From Bdellovibrionota bacterium (lineage in GTDB: Bacteria > Bdellovibrionota_C > UBA2361 > OMIW01): a DNA stretch of 33,000 nucleotides. Every line of letters starts with the position of its first letter. Positions within the stretch are counted from its first letter, which is position 1. Location: the NCBI GenBank assembly GCA_044345055.1, contig JBIJBT010000025.1:1-33000 (forward strand), written 5' to 3'. Position numbers and translations under genes: made by a program. Of the stretch, positions 16,441 to 26,526 are shown piece by piece. Below the pieces are notes generated by a model. It made no database searches. It saw only the letters and a list, made by a program, of their open reading frames with translations, and was not told where the DNA came from.

Positions 16441-16468
16441 ATGTCGGCAAAAATGGAGTAGAAGTTAA
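16441..16468 (-). promoter_or_regulatory. Sigma28-like promoter upstream of the HDOD gene
   Basis: Minus strand TTAA-N16-GCCGACAT, 53 bp upstream of the start. Confidence 0.6.
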
Positions 16469-16553
16469 GCTTAGTATTGGAGAAGGTGTTTTATAATCTG
16501 AAAATTGCTCGTATTTTTAGACGAGCCGGAATAGTTTAAAGAGAGTCACTTTT

Positions 16554-18662
16554 TCATTGGCTCGAAGATTCTGACTTGGAGATCTCAAAAAGCTGATACT
16601 CACCATGTTCACTAATGAGATTTAAACACCCAAACGAGCTCTGACCTCTGCTCTGATATTCCTTTTTTTCAAGGGGACCAAGGACCACGTAACTAATCTT
16701 CTCGCGAAGTAGTTCCTCTCGGGTCGTGAAGCAGTCAGAGGAGGTATACCATCGTTGGGTATTGAGCTCACGTTTAGTAATTACAGCAGGCTCCTTGACG
16801 AGAAGGTTTACGTGATTTGCCCACCCAAGATAGCTCGGCATACCAGAGAGTGTCGCAATATGAGTTGTCCACCAGTAAGGTCTTCCCTGAGCCTCGAGAA
16901 CGGCACCATACGGGAGTTCACGAAGCTTACGAATAGTTTCGCGTGACCCCGGTAATTCCTCTTCAACTCGGGAGAGCCCTTCTGGCTCTAGTGGGGAACG
17001 ACTTTCCTTCGATCGAAAATCTTTCGCGACAGTAACAAAAAAAGCAGAACCCACAGCAACAAAAAGAATCGGAATCGCGTCAAAAAAACCACGGATATTA
17101 TTTCGATATATTAATGAACTATAGTGCCGAGTAGTTTGACTCAACCTCGCGAATGAACCCAAATGAAGCAGAGGCCAAGCAAAAGCATACCATTTGAAAA
17201 TAGTATTCATTCTCTCATTCTGCCCGCCATACGGATCGTCGAGAAAAATTAGCTCGCATAAGAGAATTGCTCCGAGCGAACTGACAGTCAGTGAGCTAAT
17301 TATCAGAGAGTCGACTGGTCTACGAAGGCGAGCTTCGTCCCATAAGATTGCGGCTTCAAATGCAAGGATCGATGATATTAGGGTAAAAGGATTATTCGAG
17401 AGTAGGCTTATTACTACACCGCTGAAAAGTAGGAAGCGACCGCATAAAGATCTTTGATTATTCAGAAGTTGGGAAAAAAAGATAATAGTAAGGGGTATAC
17501 CCCAGTGTCTTAGAATCTCTGATGTAGTTGAAAAGGGAGCGCGACCAGCTACGAGGCGAAGAACGGCGCTACCTGAAGATATAAATCTAGCGGACCAAAT
17601 AAGGGATATGATCGCAATCAGAGTCAGGGAACAACAATAAGCTATTCGCTTAAAATTTGGCTTTTGCTCCTTCAAAGAAGTTAGGAAACCGTTGGTCGGA
17701 AAAAAAGAGGGAGCTCTTGCACAGAGTAAAACGGTCAGGAAACCGACCCACATTGGAACCTCCCACGCATTTGCATTGAAAAGGATAAGGAGAACGATTA
17801 GCGAGATACAGGTGAGAAGTATTGCCCGCTCAAGGTAGGGAGCTTTATAGGAAAAGATGCGGGAGATGATGGTAATGCTAAGCGATGCGATGCCATAGGA
17901 TAGAAAGTGCGGGTGGTTATCTCCTAGAATGAATGACCAGGCCGGAAATTCTGTGATCGCACCAGCAATAACCCGAGATGGTCCCCACCATCCCTCTGAT
18001 CCGATACGATTATTCCACCATATTGGAAGCCCATCGTAGTTCGAACCGTAACTGATGAATGTTGCAATTAGAGCAGACCAAAAAACTCCAAGGGAGATGA
18101 CTGAACGAGAAAGAAGGAACGTTCCGCCCCACAATAAAGAGAGACCCCACGCATTGAGAAAGTGATACGTATTCCACGGCTGAAAGTTAAGCAGTTCTGA
18201 TATGGCATCACCAAAACGATACCAAAAAAGGTAGTAGCTCGTTTGGTGACCATAAAGCCAAGGTTCTGAACTCGATATCGGATCATGCATCGAGCTCGCG
18301 ATAAGCGCGTAGTCTCGCAATCTTTCACCCATAGGGAAAAAATCAGGCCATGAGGTTGCAAGGTGACGATTGACCAGGAAAACAAGACAAAATAAAGAGC
18401 TATTTATGAGTGAATCTTTGAGAAGTTTGCTACGTTCTCCCATCGACAGAGAAGATCGACACGCAGCAAGAAGTCCAATGCTTACGATAATTATTGTCCA
18501 ATAGCTTAGGAAATTGAGTGGAATAAAATGCCCCAATAAAAAACCCCATACGGGGGTGAGAATGAGGATAGCCAATGCTGCCTCGAGGCCAGAAAAGCCG
18601 AGGAGTGGGGTAGAACTTGAGAGAAATAATATGAGAAAAATAAAACTCATAGTTAAAATCAA
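16554..18662 (-). CDS. DUF2298 / Chlor_Arch_YYY-type polytopic membrane protein (GT-C-like)
   Basis: GERLRDYA, EPWLYG..TSYY, ITEFPAWSFILGDNHPH, ERMNTIFKWY, VLEAQG..Y, SGMPSYLGWANH, YVVLGPLE; many TM helices; parallels the C-terminal half of the upstream gene. Confidence 0.82.
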   Translation of the reverse strand: MILTMSFIFLILFLSSSTPLLGFSGLEAALAILILTPVWGFLLGHFIPLNFLSYWTIIIVSIGLLAACRSSLSMGERSKLLKDSLINSSLFCLVFLVNRHLATSWPDFFPMGERLRDYALIASSMHDPISSSEPWLYGHQTSYYLFWYRFGDAISELLNFQPWNTYHFLNAWGLSLLWGGTFLLSRSVISLGVFWSALIATFISYGSNYDGLPIWWNNRIGSEGWWGPSRVIAGAITEFPAWSFILGDNHPHFLSYGIASLSITIISRIFSYKAPYLERAILLTCISLIVLLILFNANAWEVPMWVGFLTVLLCARAPSFFPTNGFLTSLKEQKPNFKRIAYCCSLTLIAIISLIWSARFISSGSAVLRLVAGRAPFSTTSEILRHWGIPLTIIFFSQLLNNQRSLCGRFLLFSGVVISLLSNNPFTLISSILAFEAAILWDEARLRRPVDSLIISSLTVSSLGAILLCELIFLDDPYGGQNERMNTIFKWYAFAWPLLHLGSFARLSQTTRHYSSLIYRNNIRGFFDAIPILFVAVGSAFFVTVAKDFRSKESRSPLEPEGLSRVEEELPGSRETIRKLRELPYGAVLEAQGRPYWWTTHIATLSGMPSYLGWANHVNLLVKEPAVITKRELNTQRWYTSSDCFTTREELLREKISYVVLGPLEKKEYQSRGQSSFGCLNLISEHGEYQLFEISKSESSSQ

Positions 18663-18713
18663 TTGAAATATAGACTAGATTTATAGACTGCCAACCTAAA
18701 CCGCTCAGTATTG

Positions 18714-21700
18714 CTAACCAACAAATTGATACAAAGCTCCCGTTTTGGTCCGGAAAACTGGAATAAATCGCTCTGAATTATTTAAAAACTTTAATTCTCC
18801 CTCTGGGGAGAACCGATCGGATCGATAGAGCCTTTTCTCAATATTTCCAATTACTATAAAACGGATCTTATATTTCCTAAGAAGCTCGACCGCTAAATCC
18901 TCTGATGTGGTCGAGTAGATATCGTTAATAGCCCTTCGTCTTTCTAATATGTCATTCCGTGAAGTTCCTCGCTGATTAGTATGATGTTCCCATCCAAGAA
19001 GTGTCGGAAGACCCGTATTCATTGAAATTCGAGTGTAGTCTTGATAGGAATCTCCGGTTGCCTCAAGGACCGCCTCAGTTCCTCTATAGTTGAGATTGAG
19101 CCAACGGCATATATCCCAGTCTGAATTGAAGGTTTCGGTGAGATAGGCTGTGCCGTCGAGTGTAGCGATCGGGTGGGGTGCACGATGAATTGTTGTAAGA
19201 CTGAAAAAATTCAGTAGCGAACCAAGGGCGCAGAGAGAAAGGGTAAAGAAAGCAACTCCGATACCGGGCCAGTCCGAGATGTTTGCACCGATATGAATTA
19301 AGCGACCAGTACGGATCGATCTTATAGCAAAAATCGCCCATATCATGACCATCGCAAGAAACGACGTGAAGATCATGAAGACAGGAATGAATCGTCCAGC
19401 GAAAAAAGTGAAACTCAAGAAGAGTATAACACAGAGGAGTCCCCAACTTATCAGTGTAATTGACTGTCGGGATGTAAAATATTGATTTCGACTTCGATGG
19501 TTCACTAGTTCGACAAATAGCGACGCCGCAATTATTCCAAAAAACCACCACAGTGGGGAGTAGAACTTGAAAATCGTGTTCATTCGATCCCCGACGTACC
19601 GCAGCTCCCCAAAGGGAAGAATAAAAGATGTCGCGAGTAACAAAGCTGACAAGAAAAATCCAGGTGCTCTTTTTGGATCACTGAGAGTTATTTGCGACCA
19701 GACCCGATGAGCAAGAAGAGCGAGTGCAATTGAGACGGCAAAGTAGGAGAGCCGTACTCCCTTAATTTCATGAAAAATGGCACTATCGACAAAAAGGTAG
19801 ATTGCAGGAAGAAGAAAAGGGATAACAAGGAGCTTATGCCACAAGCTTCCTTCTCTTCGATGTGCTAAAAATCGGAATCCTGCGAGGAGCGTTATGAGGA
19901 TAAGCCACAGCCCAAAATGTCTGAACAGATGCGATATATCGTTGAACTCCTCGTTGTAAACATACCCAGAGCCGAGTGGAGTAGAGCCGAAGAGGTTATC
20001 GCGGAGGAATGGATATGAGGTTGTGACGACTGTTAAACTAAGTAGTGCGAGATCGAGAACAATTTCTCGGCACAGCTTCGTAATCCCTTTGCGAGAGGTG
20101 GTCATTAATCGGGTTAGCACTAGGACAAAGTAAGCAGAGCCTCCCAAAATCGCAAGAGTGATCACATCCCAGCTATTTGTTGCAATAAGAAATCCAGCCA
20201 TCATTCCGAGGAATATCCTACTCGAAATGTAGGAAACCAGACTTTGGCGGTTTGTCGATATACGGGATATTCCTAGTGCAACTAAAATGGCGAGTGGTAT
20301 AGCAATAAAGTGAGCATGTAGATCTGCATGAATAGTTGCCCAGAGAGGGTATTCAGTAAACGCAGGTGATATAAAGAGACGAGTGCTCGCCCAAAATGTA
20401 TCAAAATTCACCTTTTCATAACGCAAAGAAACAAATACTGATTCTGGATTGCTTAGAAAAAATATTGCGCTACCGAGAAGACCCGCGACATTTAGCTTTG
20501 CAGATGTAATCGAAAGCAAAAGAGCAGCAAGCGCTGAAATTATACTTGCTGCAACAGTAGCAATACCAAGATTAAAAGCGATAGCGGGGTTAACGGCAGC
20601 CATCTTGGCTAATTGCGCAAAGAGGTAACTACCCATGTAGTAGTACTTCATTGGATTACCAGCGGCCCACGGATCAGTTGGAGGAAGGGTCGTTTCGCGA
20701 AAAAAGTAGTTCAAAAAGGAAAAATCCATAGGCTTCTCTCCCCAGAAGATCTCCGACTGAAAGGAGCGAAGGCAAAGGATGATAACAAATGGTATCCAGA
20801 AGAAGAGTGTCGAATTTTGACTTACTTTTTCAGTCGAGCTTTCGCGAGAAAAGAGGGTCCATCGGACTAATATTCCAGCCGATGCGGTTATCCAAAGTGA
20901 AGTTGGGTCAGCGTGTGCGATATTAACCGCATTAAGCCACCAAAAAATGCCGAAAAATAGGAAAATTCCGACTGGGCGAGATGCAAATGCGGCAGATTCT
21001 TTCGAGAGACCTATAAGGTAGGCCAGAGGAATTCGGACGATCCAGGCAAGGATTTCAATTACAAAAACCCAGCTAATAACCGAACCGAGTGTGTATGGTA
21101 TGAAGTTTGGTAATCCGTTTTCTTGTCCAGCGCTAGCTCGTTGGACCCGTTCAATTGTTTCTTCGACTGGTAAGAATGGAGCGTTGGTTACTCCGCTCTC
21201 AATCTGTTCAGCGGAAAATGGTTTAACGCGCCGAAAAATGTAAACTTTCGGATGATCGTAGAGGGTAAGGCTCTCGTCTGAAACATCGTCGTTAATCGTG
21301 TACCAATTTCCGATTGACGGATAATTTTTTACCGTTTTCTCAAGGGCAAAGCCGAGGTTTCCAGCAAAGAGTTCCTGCAGTAATCGTGCGGAGAAGCGAT
21401 AGTGTTCCTGCCAGCGGGGAATCGAAGCTGGAATTTTGCTGCTCGGAAATATTATGTAATCTGCCTGAGCGAGTTGTTCAGTGATTCTTTTTATTTTTGC
21501 GGGCTCGTCTGGTTCGTAAATAGCGAGTTCATGGTGGGGGGCCCACATTGCAAACTGATGACTCGAGTGACCGGGTAGGTCTAGCGGTAATTTATCATCC
21601 CAGTGGACTCCGAGTATCGTGGAACCGGCCGGTATATTTTCATACGCCCACCGAGATGCGACCGCGTATGGGTGTGGAACAGAGTAAATTGAGGAGAAGG

Positions 21701-23099
21701 CAAGACTGCGAATGAGGAATGGGATTGATATCAGAGCTGAGGTTACTAAAAGTAACTTGGCGTTAAGGTGATACCCACTCTCTGCTCGCTCTCCAAAGCC
21801 GATTGATTTCCCTTGGCGGCTGAGCGTTTTTAGGATGCCGGAAGTAAAGAGTGCAATCGCGTTTCCAGCGTAGCAAAATAGCAGGGGATACAATGGAAGG
21901 AGGTAACGGGGAAACTTAACGTAGGACCCCGCAACGCTAAAAAAGAATAAAAATGCCCAAAATAATGGAATTAATCGGGCTTTTGTCGGTCTAGTGATTG
22001 CTTCAATTAACAATCCAGATAGAACCAAAATAGCAGTGAATGGCCCCATTGTGTTCGAAAAGATCTGGCTTATCGAATAGAGATAAGGAACAGTACCCCA
22101 ATACTGAACAGTGTAGGGGCGCGGCGGAGTAGTTCCTCGCACCATTGCGATTTCGCCGCCGATATCATGAAGGAACCGCTCTGAAAAAAGTTGTGTCAGT
22201 GGTGAGCAACTGTCCGAACTATAACATTCGTATAGATTCCCCCATCCCTTCCAGTCATATGCGTATGGCTCACCGATTGAAAAAAGAGCTACGATCACTG
22301 ACAAGCATACAAAAGGGTAGCTCAGGCTTTTCCAGCAATTAAAAGGGGAGGTTTTAATCGAGGTAAAGAGTGGCGGGAGATACCATGTAAGGGGCAGTCC
22401 GATAAGGATTACTGTGAGGCCGAGCGTTGTTGATACGCCAGAAATGGCAAGAAAAAAACCGCCTATGAGACATAGAAGAGGTAATGGGTTTTCTCCGAGC
22501 TGGAATCGGTGGAGAATGAACGCGAGAATTGCCGGAGCAATCAGGGTGAGTGCACCTATTTTTGTTGCTAGCGCAACTCCAATCAGTGCGGCTGCAAGAA
22601 GATAGTTATTCCATCTTCCTTTTCGGGGTATTTGGGCCATTGCGGTGAGGGCTTCTACACCGAGTGTCGTGAGCAGGATATCCACCGTAAAAAAATGACT
22701 ATTTTGGAGGATAAAGGTATTAGTCGCGACGATAAATGAAGCCCAATACGCGGCCAATCTGTTGCCGAAAAGTGTCAAGCACAGCCGGAAAGTAGCAGTG
22801 ATTAGCCAGACGGAGAACAGGGCATTGAGGAGTCTTCCAGTGATAAAAAGTCCATCGTACGACGATGCTGTCGGCCAGAGAAATGAGGCAGTCTCGGAGA
22901 CTACTTTGAGCAGATAGAATGGGAGTGAACCGTATGCGAACGATTGCGGTATCGGATTCTCCCACGAGAGAGCTTCGGTCATCATTATAATACCCCGTTC
23001 ATCGGGGTGATAACTGATACCGTGACTTATCGCAAAAAAGCGGAGTAGGAAGCCCAAGAGCGCAATGCCAGGAAGGAGGAAGGGTATTTTGTTTTTCAT
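18714..23099 (-). CDS. Fusion of an ArnT/PMT-like GT-C glycosyltransferase and a DUF2298/Chlor_Arch_YYY domain (1461 aa)
   Basis: N-half: HPDE, FAYGSLPFY, GRLLNALF, HFFTVD, ALATK, KFPRYLLP, HWDD, YDHPKV. C-half: GEKPMDF, DPWAAG...YYYMG, TEYP...ADLHAH, RMNTIFKFY, LEATG.SY, TGLPTLLGWEHH. Confidence 0.85.
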   Translation of the reverse strand: MKNKIPFLLPGIALLGFLLRFFAISHGISYHPDERGIIMMTEALSWENPIPQSFAYGSLPFYLLKVVSETASFLWPTASSYDGLFITGRLLNALFSVWLITATFRLCLTLFGNRLAAYWASFIVATNTFILQNSHFFTVDILLTTLGVEALTAMAQIPRKGRWNNYLLAAALIGVALATKIGALTLIAPAILAFILHRFQLGENPLPLLCLIGGFFLAISGVSTTLGLTVILIGLPLTWYLPPLFTSIKTSPFNCWKSLSYPFVCLSVIVALFSIGEPYAYDWKGWGNLYECYSSDSCSPLTQLFSERFLHDIGGEIAMVRGTTPPRPYTVQYWGTVPYLYSISQIFSNTMGPFTAILVLSGLLIEAITRPTKARLIPLFWAFLFFFSVAGSYVKFPRYLLPLYPLLFCYAGNAIALFTSGILKTLSRQGKSIGFGERAESGYHLNAKLLLVTSALISIPFLIRSLAFSSIYSVPHPYAVASRWAYENIPAGSTILGVHWDDKLPLDLPGHSSHQFAMWAPHHELAIYEPDEPAKIKRITEQLAQADYIIFPSSKIPASIPRWQEHYRFSARLLQELFAGNLGFALEKTVKNYPSIGNWYTINDDVSDESLTLYDHPKVYIFRRVKPFSAEQIESGVTNAPFLPVEETIERVQRASAGQENGLPNFIPYTLGSVISWVFVIEILAWIVRIPLAYLIGLSKESAAFASRPVGIFLFFGIFWWLNAVNIAHADPTSLWITASAGILVRWTLFSRESSTEKVSQNSTLFFWIPFVIILCLRSFQSEIFWGEKPMDFSFLNYFFRETTLPPTDPWAAGNPMKYYYMGSYLFAQLAKMAAVNPAIAFNLGIATVAASIISALAALLLSITSAKLNVAGLLGSAIFFLSNPESVFVSLRYEKVNFDTFWASTRLFISPAFTEYPLWATIHADLHAHFIAIPLAILVALGISRISTNRQSLVSYISSRIFLGMMAGFLIATNSWDVITLAILGGSAYFVLVLTRLMTTSRKGITKLCREIVLDLALLSLTVVTTSYPFLRDNLFGSTPLGSGYVYNEEFNDISHLFRHFGLWLILITLLAGFRFLAHRREGSLWHKLLVIPFLLPAIYLFVDSAIFHEIKGVRLSYFAVSIALALLAHRVWSQITLSDPKRAPGFFLSALLLATSFILPFGELRYVGDRMNTIFKFYSPLWWFFGIIAASLFVELVNHRSRNQYFTSRQSITLISWGLLCVILFLSFTFFAGRFIPVFMIFTSFLAMVMIWAIFAIRSIRTGRLIHIGANISDWPGIGVAFFTLSLCALGSLLNFFSLTTIHRAPHPIATLDGTAYLTETFNSDWDICRWLNLNYRGTEAVLEATGDSYQDYTRISMNTGLPTLLGWEHHTNQRGTSRNDILERRRAINDIYSTTSEDLAVELLRKYKIRFIVIGNIEKRLYRSDRFSPEGELKFLNNSERFIPVFRTKTGALYQFVG

Positions 23100-23286
23100 G
23101 AAGTGGCGTCGCGGAATTGAATTTAAAGAGAGGAAGAAAAATGATCCTCATACATTAGATGACGAGACGCCGCTATGCATTGGCGAGATATCGTCCAGAT
23201 GTAGTTTATGCTACCTTCGAAAATTTTGGGAGGTAACTCTTTTATCGGTGAATATCTGCCGAACTCGTAACCAAAAAAGGACACCA

Positions 23287-25038
23287 GTGATTCCCCGAAT
23301 TCGCAATATATTTTGTTTGACAACCGGTTTCTTCGTCTATTTGTGCTGCCATTTAGCAAGCCGAATGAGTGGTTTTGCGAAGGATCCAGGGGTTGGGTGG
23401 CATATAGCCTCGGGTAATTGGATGCTCGATAATTGCGCCATTCCATCAATCGACCCTTTCCTTGCACGGGCTGGTCCACTTCCCTGGATATCGGATCAAT
23501 GGGGTAGCGATCTGATTTTATCCCTTGTCTTTAGAGGCTTTGGGTGGGTGGGGCTTTATAATCTTCTCTTCCTCCTCTATCTGTCGGCTTTTTTTTTAGT
23601 TGTGTATCCAACTGTACGCAAGCGCACTGGCAGCGCGTTCATCGCGCTCGTAGTGACGATCTTTACCTCAAAGCCGGCTGAAATACATTTTATTTTAAGA
23701 CCGGTTGTCGTCAGTTTTCTCTTTATGGCACTGCTGGGTGCTATGCTTTCAAAGGCTAGTAAGTCAGTTGAAAATGGGAATATTAAGCCGCTGTTTGGCT
23801 CATTCCTTCTATTTCTCGCCTGGGCAAACTTACATCCATCTTTTGCTTATGGTCTTGTCATTTTAGTTTTGTATCTCGGTGCTGCTGCAGCTTGGGATTG
23901 GTTTTCTGCGAGGAAAGCGGAGGGGTTGTTGAGGAGTGGATCGATAGCTGTTGCAGCTATCCTTGGAACATTGTGCAACCCTTACGGATGGCGGCTTCAC
24001 CACAGTATTCTTGCACTAGGCTCGAGTAAGTTTTTCATGCGTCTCCATCAGGAGTGGATGCCTCTCGATGTTCTTGAATCTGAGGGAGGTTTTTTCGTAT
24101 GGTTTTTCGCGATAATGGTGGTTGCTGGATTGGTCCGAGCTTCGAAAGGAGAGAAGCTTGATGGTGCAGGATTTGCTGAGCTAGTGATCCTTGCCTTCGC
24201 GGCGCGCTCTGGTTTAGCTCATATGCGGATGATTCCGTACTTTTTTATTCTTTCGGCACCTCTTCTGGGCGTGTCGATCCTTTCTCTTGCTGACTATATT
24301 GAAAGTCGGACTTCTCATCTTGTTCCGGGTTTGAGGGAACGATTCAAGCTAAGAGAGCAATCTGAATCGGAGAGAGCTTCCCTCCCGATGTTAATGGGGT
24401 TTTTGTTTATTATCTGCATCGGCGGAACGTTTTTCGGCAGAGTTGCGGGATTTCCCACCTTCAACCCCGACCCTAAGAATAGCTCTGGTTTTGATAGCAG
24501 TGATACCGATCGTGTATTGCACATTCCGTTAGGACCACCGGTATCGCTTTATCCATATCAGGCGATTGAGTATCTGAATGAACTTGCTGATCGTTGGCCG
24601 CTTGTTAAGGAAGGGGGAACGCAGAGGCTCGCGGTTCTAAATCCTCCTGAATGGGGTGGGTTCATTGCTCTCAACGGAGGCTCTGTCGTAAGGCCTCTTT
24701 TTGATGACAGGAATACATTGTTGGGAGAGGAACGATATCTCGATTACTTTCGGGCAGCCAGAAGTTGCGGCTCTTTAATGGAGCTAGCACAGAGATTGGG
24801 AGCTGATTTCTTGATGATAAAGTCGAGTGACCTTACTATGTCGGGGTGCGGATTAAATAGACCGAGCGATACCTCAAAGATGACTAAACTGGAAGATAAG
24901 GATGGAGAGCTGCGGTGGGCCGATCCGATTTTGCAATTGAAACCATCCTTTAAAGATGGGGTCGCGGCTGTGTTTCGGGTTCCCTCTTTATCTGATGTGC
25001 GCTCGGAGCGGTTGAAGGCAGTGGCTAAGCCAGAGTAG
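23287..25038 (+). CDS. Polytopic membrane protein, probable GT-C-fold glycosyltransferase
   Basis: DPGVGWHIASG.W, DPF, QWGSD, LRP, WANLHPSF, NPYG, QEW, WGG, FDDR motifs. The GTG start at 23287 after AAGGA is preferred because it removes the overlap with the divergent gene. Confidence 0.7.
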   Translation: MIPRIRNIFCLTTGFFVYLCCHLASRMSGFAKDPGVGWHIASGNWMLDNCAIPSIDPFLARAGPLPWISDQWGSDLILSLVFRGFGWVGLYNLLFLLYLSAFFLVVYPTVRKRTGSAFIALVVTIFTSKPAEIHFILRPVVVSFLFMALLGAMLSKASKSVENGNIKPLFGSFLLFLAWANLHPSFAYGLVILVLYLGAAAAWDWFSARKAEGLLRSGSIAVAAILGTLCNPYGWRLHHSILALGSSKFFMRLHQEWMPLDVLESEGGFFVWFFAIMVVAGLVRASKGEKLDGAGFAELVILAFAARSGLAHMRMIPYFFILSAPLLGVSILSLADYIESRTSHLVPGLRERFKLREQSESERASLPMLMGFLFIICIGGTFFGRVAGFPTFNPDPKNSSGFDSSDTDRVLHIPLGPPVSLYPYQAIEYLNELADRWPLVKEGGTQRLAVLNPPEWGGFIALNGGSVVRPLFDDRNTLLGEERYLDYFRAARSCGSLMELAQRLGADFLMIKSSDLTMSGCGLNRPSDTSKMTKLEDKDGELRWADPILQLKPSFKDGVAAVFRVPSLSDVRSERLKAVAKPE

Positions 25039-25126
25039 GGTTTTTTAAAAAACTTAGCAATAATTCGTCAGAAAGTAGCATTATAGCGTTCGGGAAATAG
25101 AACCAATTACGGGAGGTAACTCCGCT

Positions 25127-26443
25127 GTGAGCAATACCATGAAAACAAGCGTCAAAGGCTCAAAGGAAGCACCCCAACTTAATCTATATCCTCTTCGATG
25201 GCTTGCTCTCCTTGTAGTGATCATTGGTTTTGGTCTATCAATATTTTTGTTATTCGAATACCACATCGCTATTGCAGATCCTAGTCACCAATCAGGGTGT
25301 GACATCTCTGCAACAGTCTCGTGCACCGCATTAGCAAGAAGCGGTTATTCAACTTTTCTTGGACTTCCGATCGCATGGTACGGGATTATTACCTTTTTTA
25401 TCGCGCTTTATTTACTGATTTCGACTCTCTGGGTTGATCTTCGCGGAGTCTTGTTTTTTATCGCTTCTGCGGGAATCCTCGGTAGCTTCGCGTTATATGG
25501 AGTTTCTAGATTTGTTGCGGGCGTAATCTGCCCTCTTTGTTGCGTTGTATATGGAGCATGGTTTGTCCTGTGGTTAATATTTTTCCGCTGGAATCGCTCG
25601 GTAGGGATTCTTTCATCGATAAAAATTGGAGTAGCAGGTATCCTTCGTCTGCCGTTTCTATTGCTTAATATTTTGAGGACAGGGGTACACTCAACGTTGA
25701 CTCTGATCGGGGTTCTTTTAACGGTGTCGGTGGGTGTTGCAACCGCTTCTTTGCCCGTAATAGTCGATTTTCAACCGCGCGGTGAACCTAAAGCTGAATA
25801 TTTGAGTAAGTTTGTTTCAGATTGGAGTTCCTCTCCTACGCAGACTATTCCTGAGCAGAGTGAGAGAGATAGTAAGTCAGATATCGCTGACTTTGTCTTG
25901 GGACCGGACGATGCTCCTGTTCAAATCGTTGAGTTCGCTGATTTTGAGTGTGGGGCGTGTCAGGCGGTTTACCCTCAGATTGAGGCGTTGCTCAAGGAAT
26001 ACCACGGAGTCATCAGGTATTCTCTAAGACACTTTCCTCTAGATACTAGCTGTAATAAACGTATCAGTCGCCCGATGCATCTTTATTCATGTCAGTTGGC
26101 TGAGATTGCGCAATGTGCGGGCACACAGAGCAGGTTTTGGGAGGTGGTTCCAATCCTCTATAGAATTGGCTCTCAAATTGGATCTGATCGGTCGTTACTT
26201 GATCCTGCGCTGAGGGGTGAGTTTACGGGGATTAACCTTGATCTTGAGGAGTTTAAAAAGTGTATCGATTCTGGTTCTCAGCGAGGAGTGATAGCAGGCG
26301 ATATTGATGTCGCCGATTCGTTGGGTCTCTCAGGCACACCTAGTTTCTGGATCAATGGTCGCCGAGTTCAAAGACCGAATGTTGAGGGAATTATAGCTAT
26401 TATTCGCTCAGTGGTCGAGGAAGGAAAAAGCCGCGATAGATAG
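25127..26443 (+). CDS. Vitamin K epoxide reductase (VKOR) - DsbA/thioredoxin fusion
   Basis: VKOR loop Cys pair CDISATVSC, S.YS.FLG.P, CPLC; Trx-fold G...APVQIVEFADFECGAC, HFPL, GTPSFWING; GGGAGG RBS. Confidence 0.92.
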   Translation: MSNTMKTSVKGSKEAPQLNLYPLRWLALLVVIIGFGLSIFLLFEYHIAIADPSHQSGCDISATVSCTALARSGYSTFLGLPIAWYGIITFFIALYLLISTLWVDLRGVLFFIASAGILGSFALYGVSRFVAGVICPLCCVVYGAWFVLWLIFFRWNRSVGILSSIKIGVAGILRLPFLLLNILRTGVHSTLTLIGVLLTVSVGVATASLPVIVDFQPRGEPKAEYLSKFVSDWSSSPTQTIPEQSERDSKSDIADFVLGPDDAPVQIVEFADFECGACQAVYPQIEALLKEYHGVIRYSLRHFPLDTSCNKRISRPMHLYSCQLAEIAQCAGTQSRFWEVVPILYRIGSQIGSDRSLLDPALRGEFTGINLDLEEFKKCIDSGSQRGVIAGDIDVADSLGLSGTPSFWINGRRVQRPNVEGIIAIIRSVVEEGKSRDR

Positions 26444-26526
26444 CGAGTTAGCTAAACATTCGATACGGTCTCTCATCACAAGTACGCGTTTAACTGTTGC
26501 CAAGAAAATTGTATGGGAGAGTGGCT

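Noticed and set aside
23065..23286. N-terminal 74 codons of the 657-aa ORF
   Set aside because: They overlap the divergent gene's start and promoter region; the GTG at 23287 with an RBS is more plausible.
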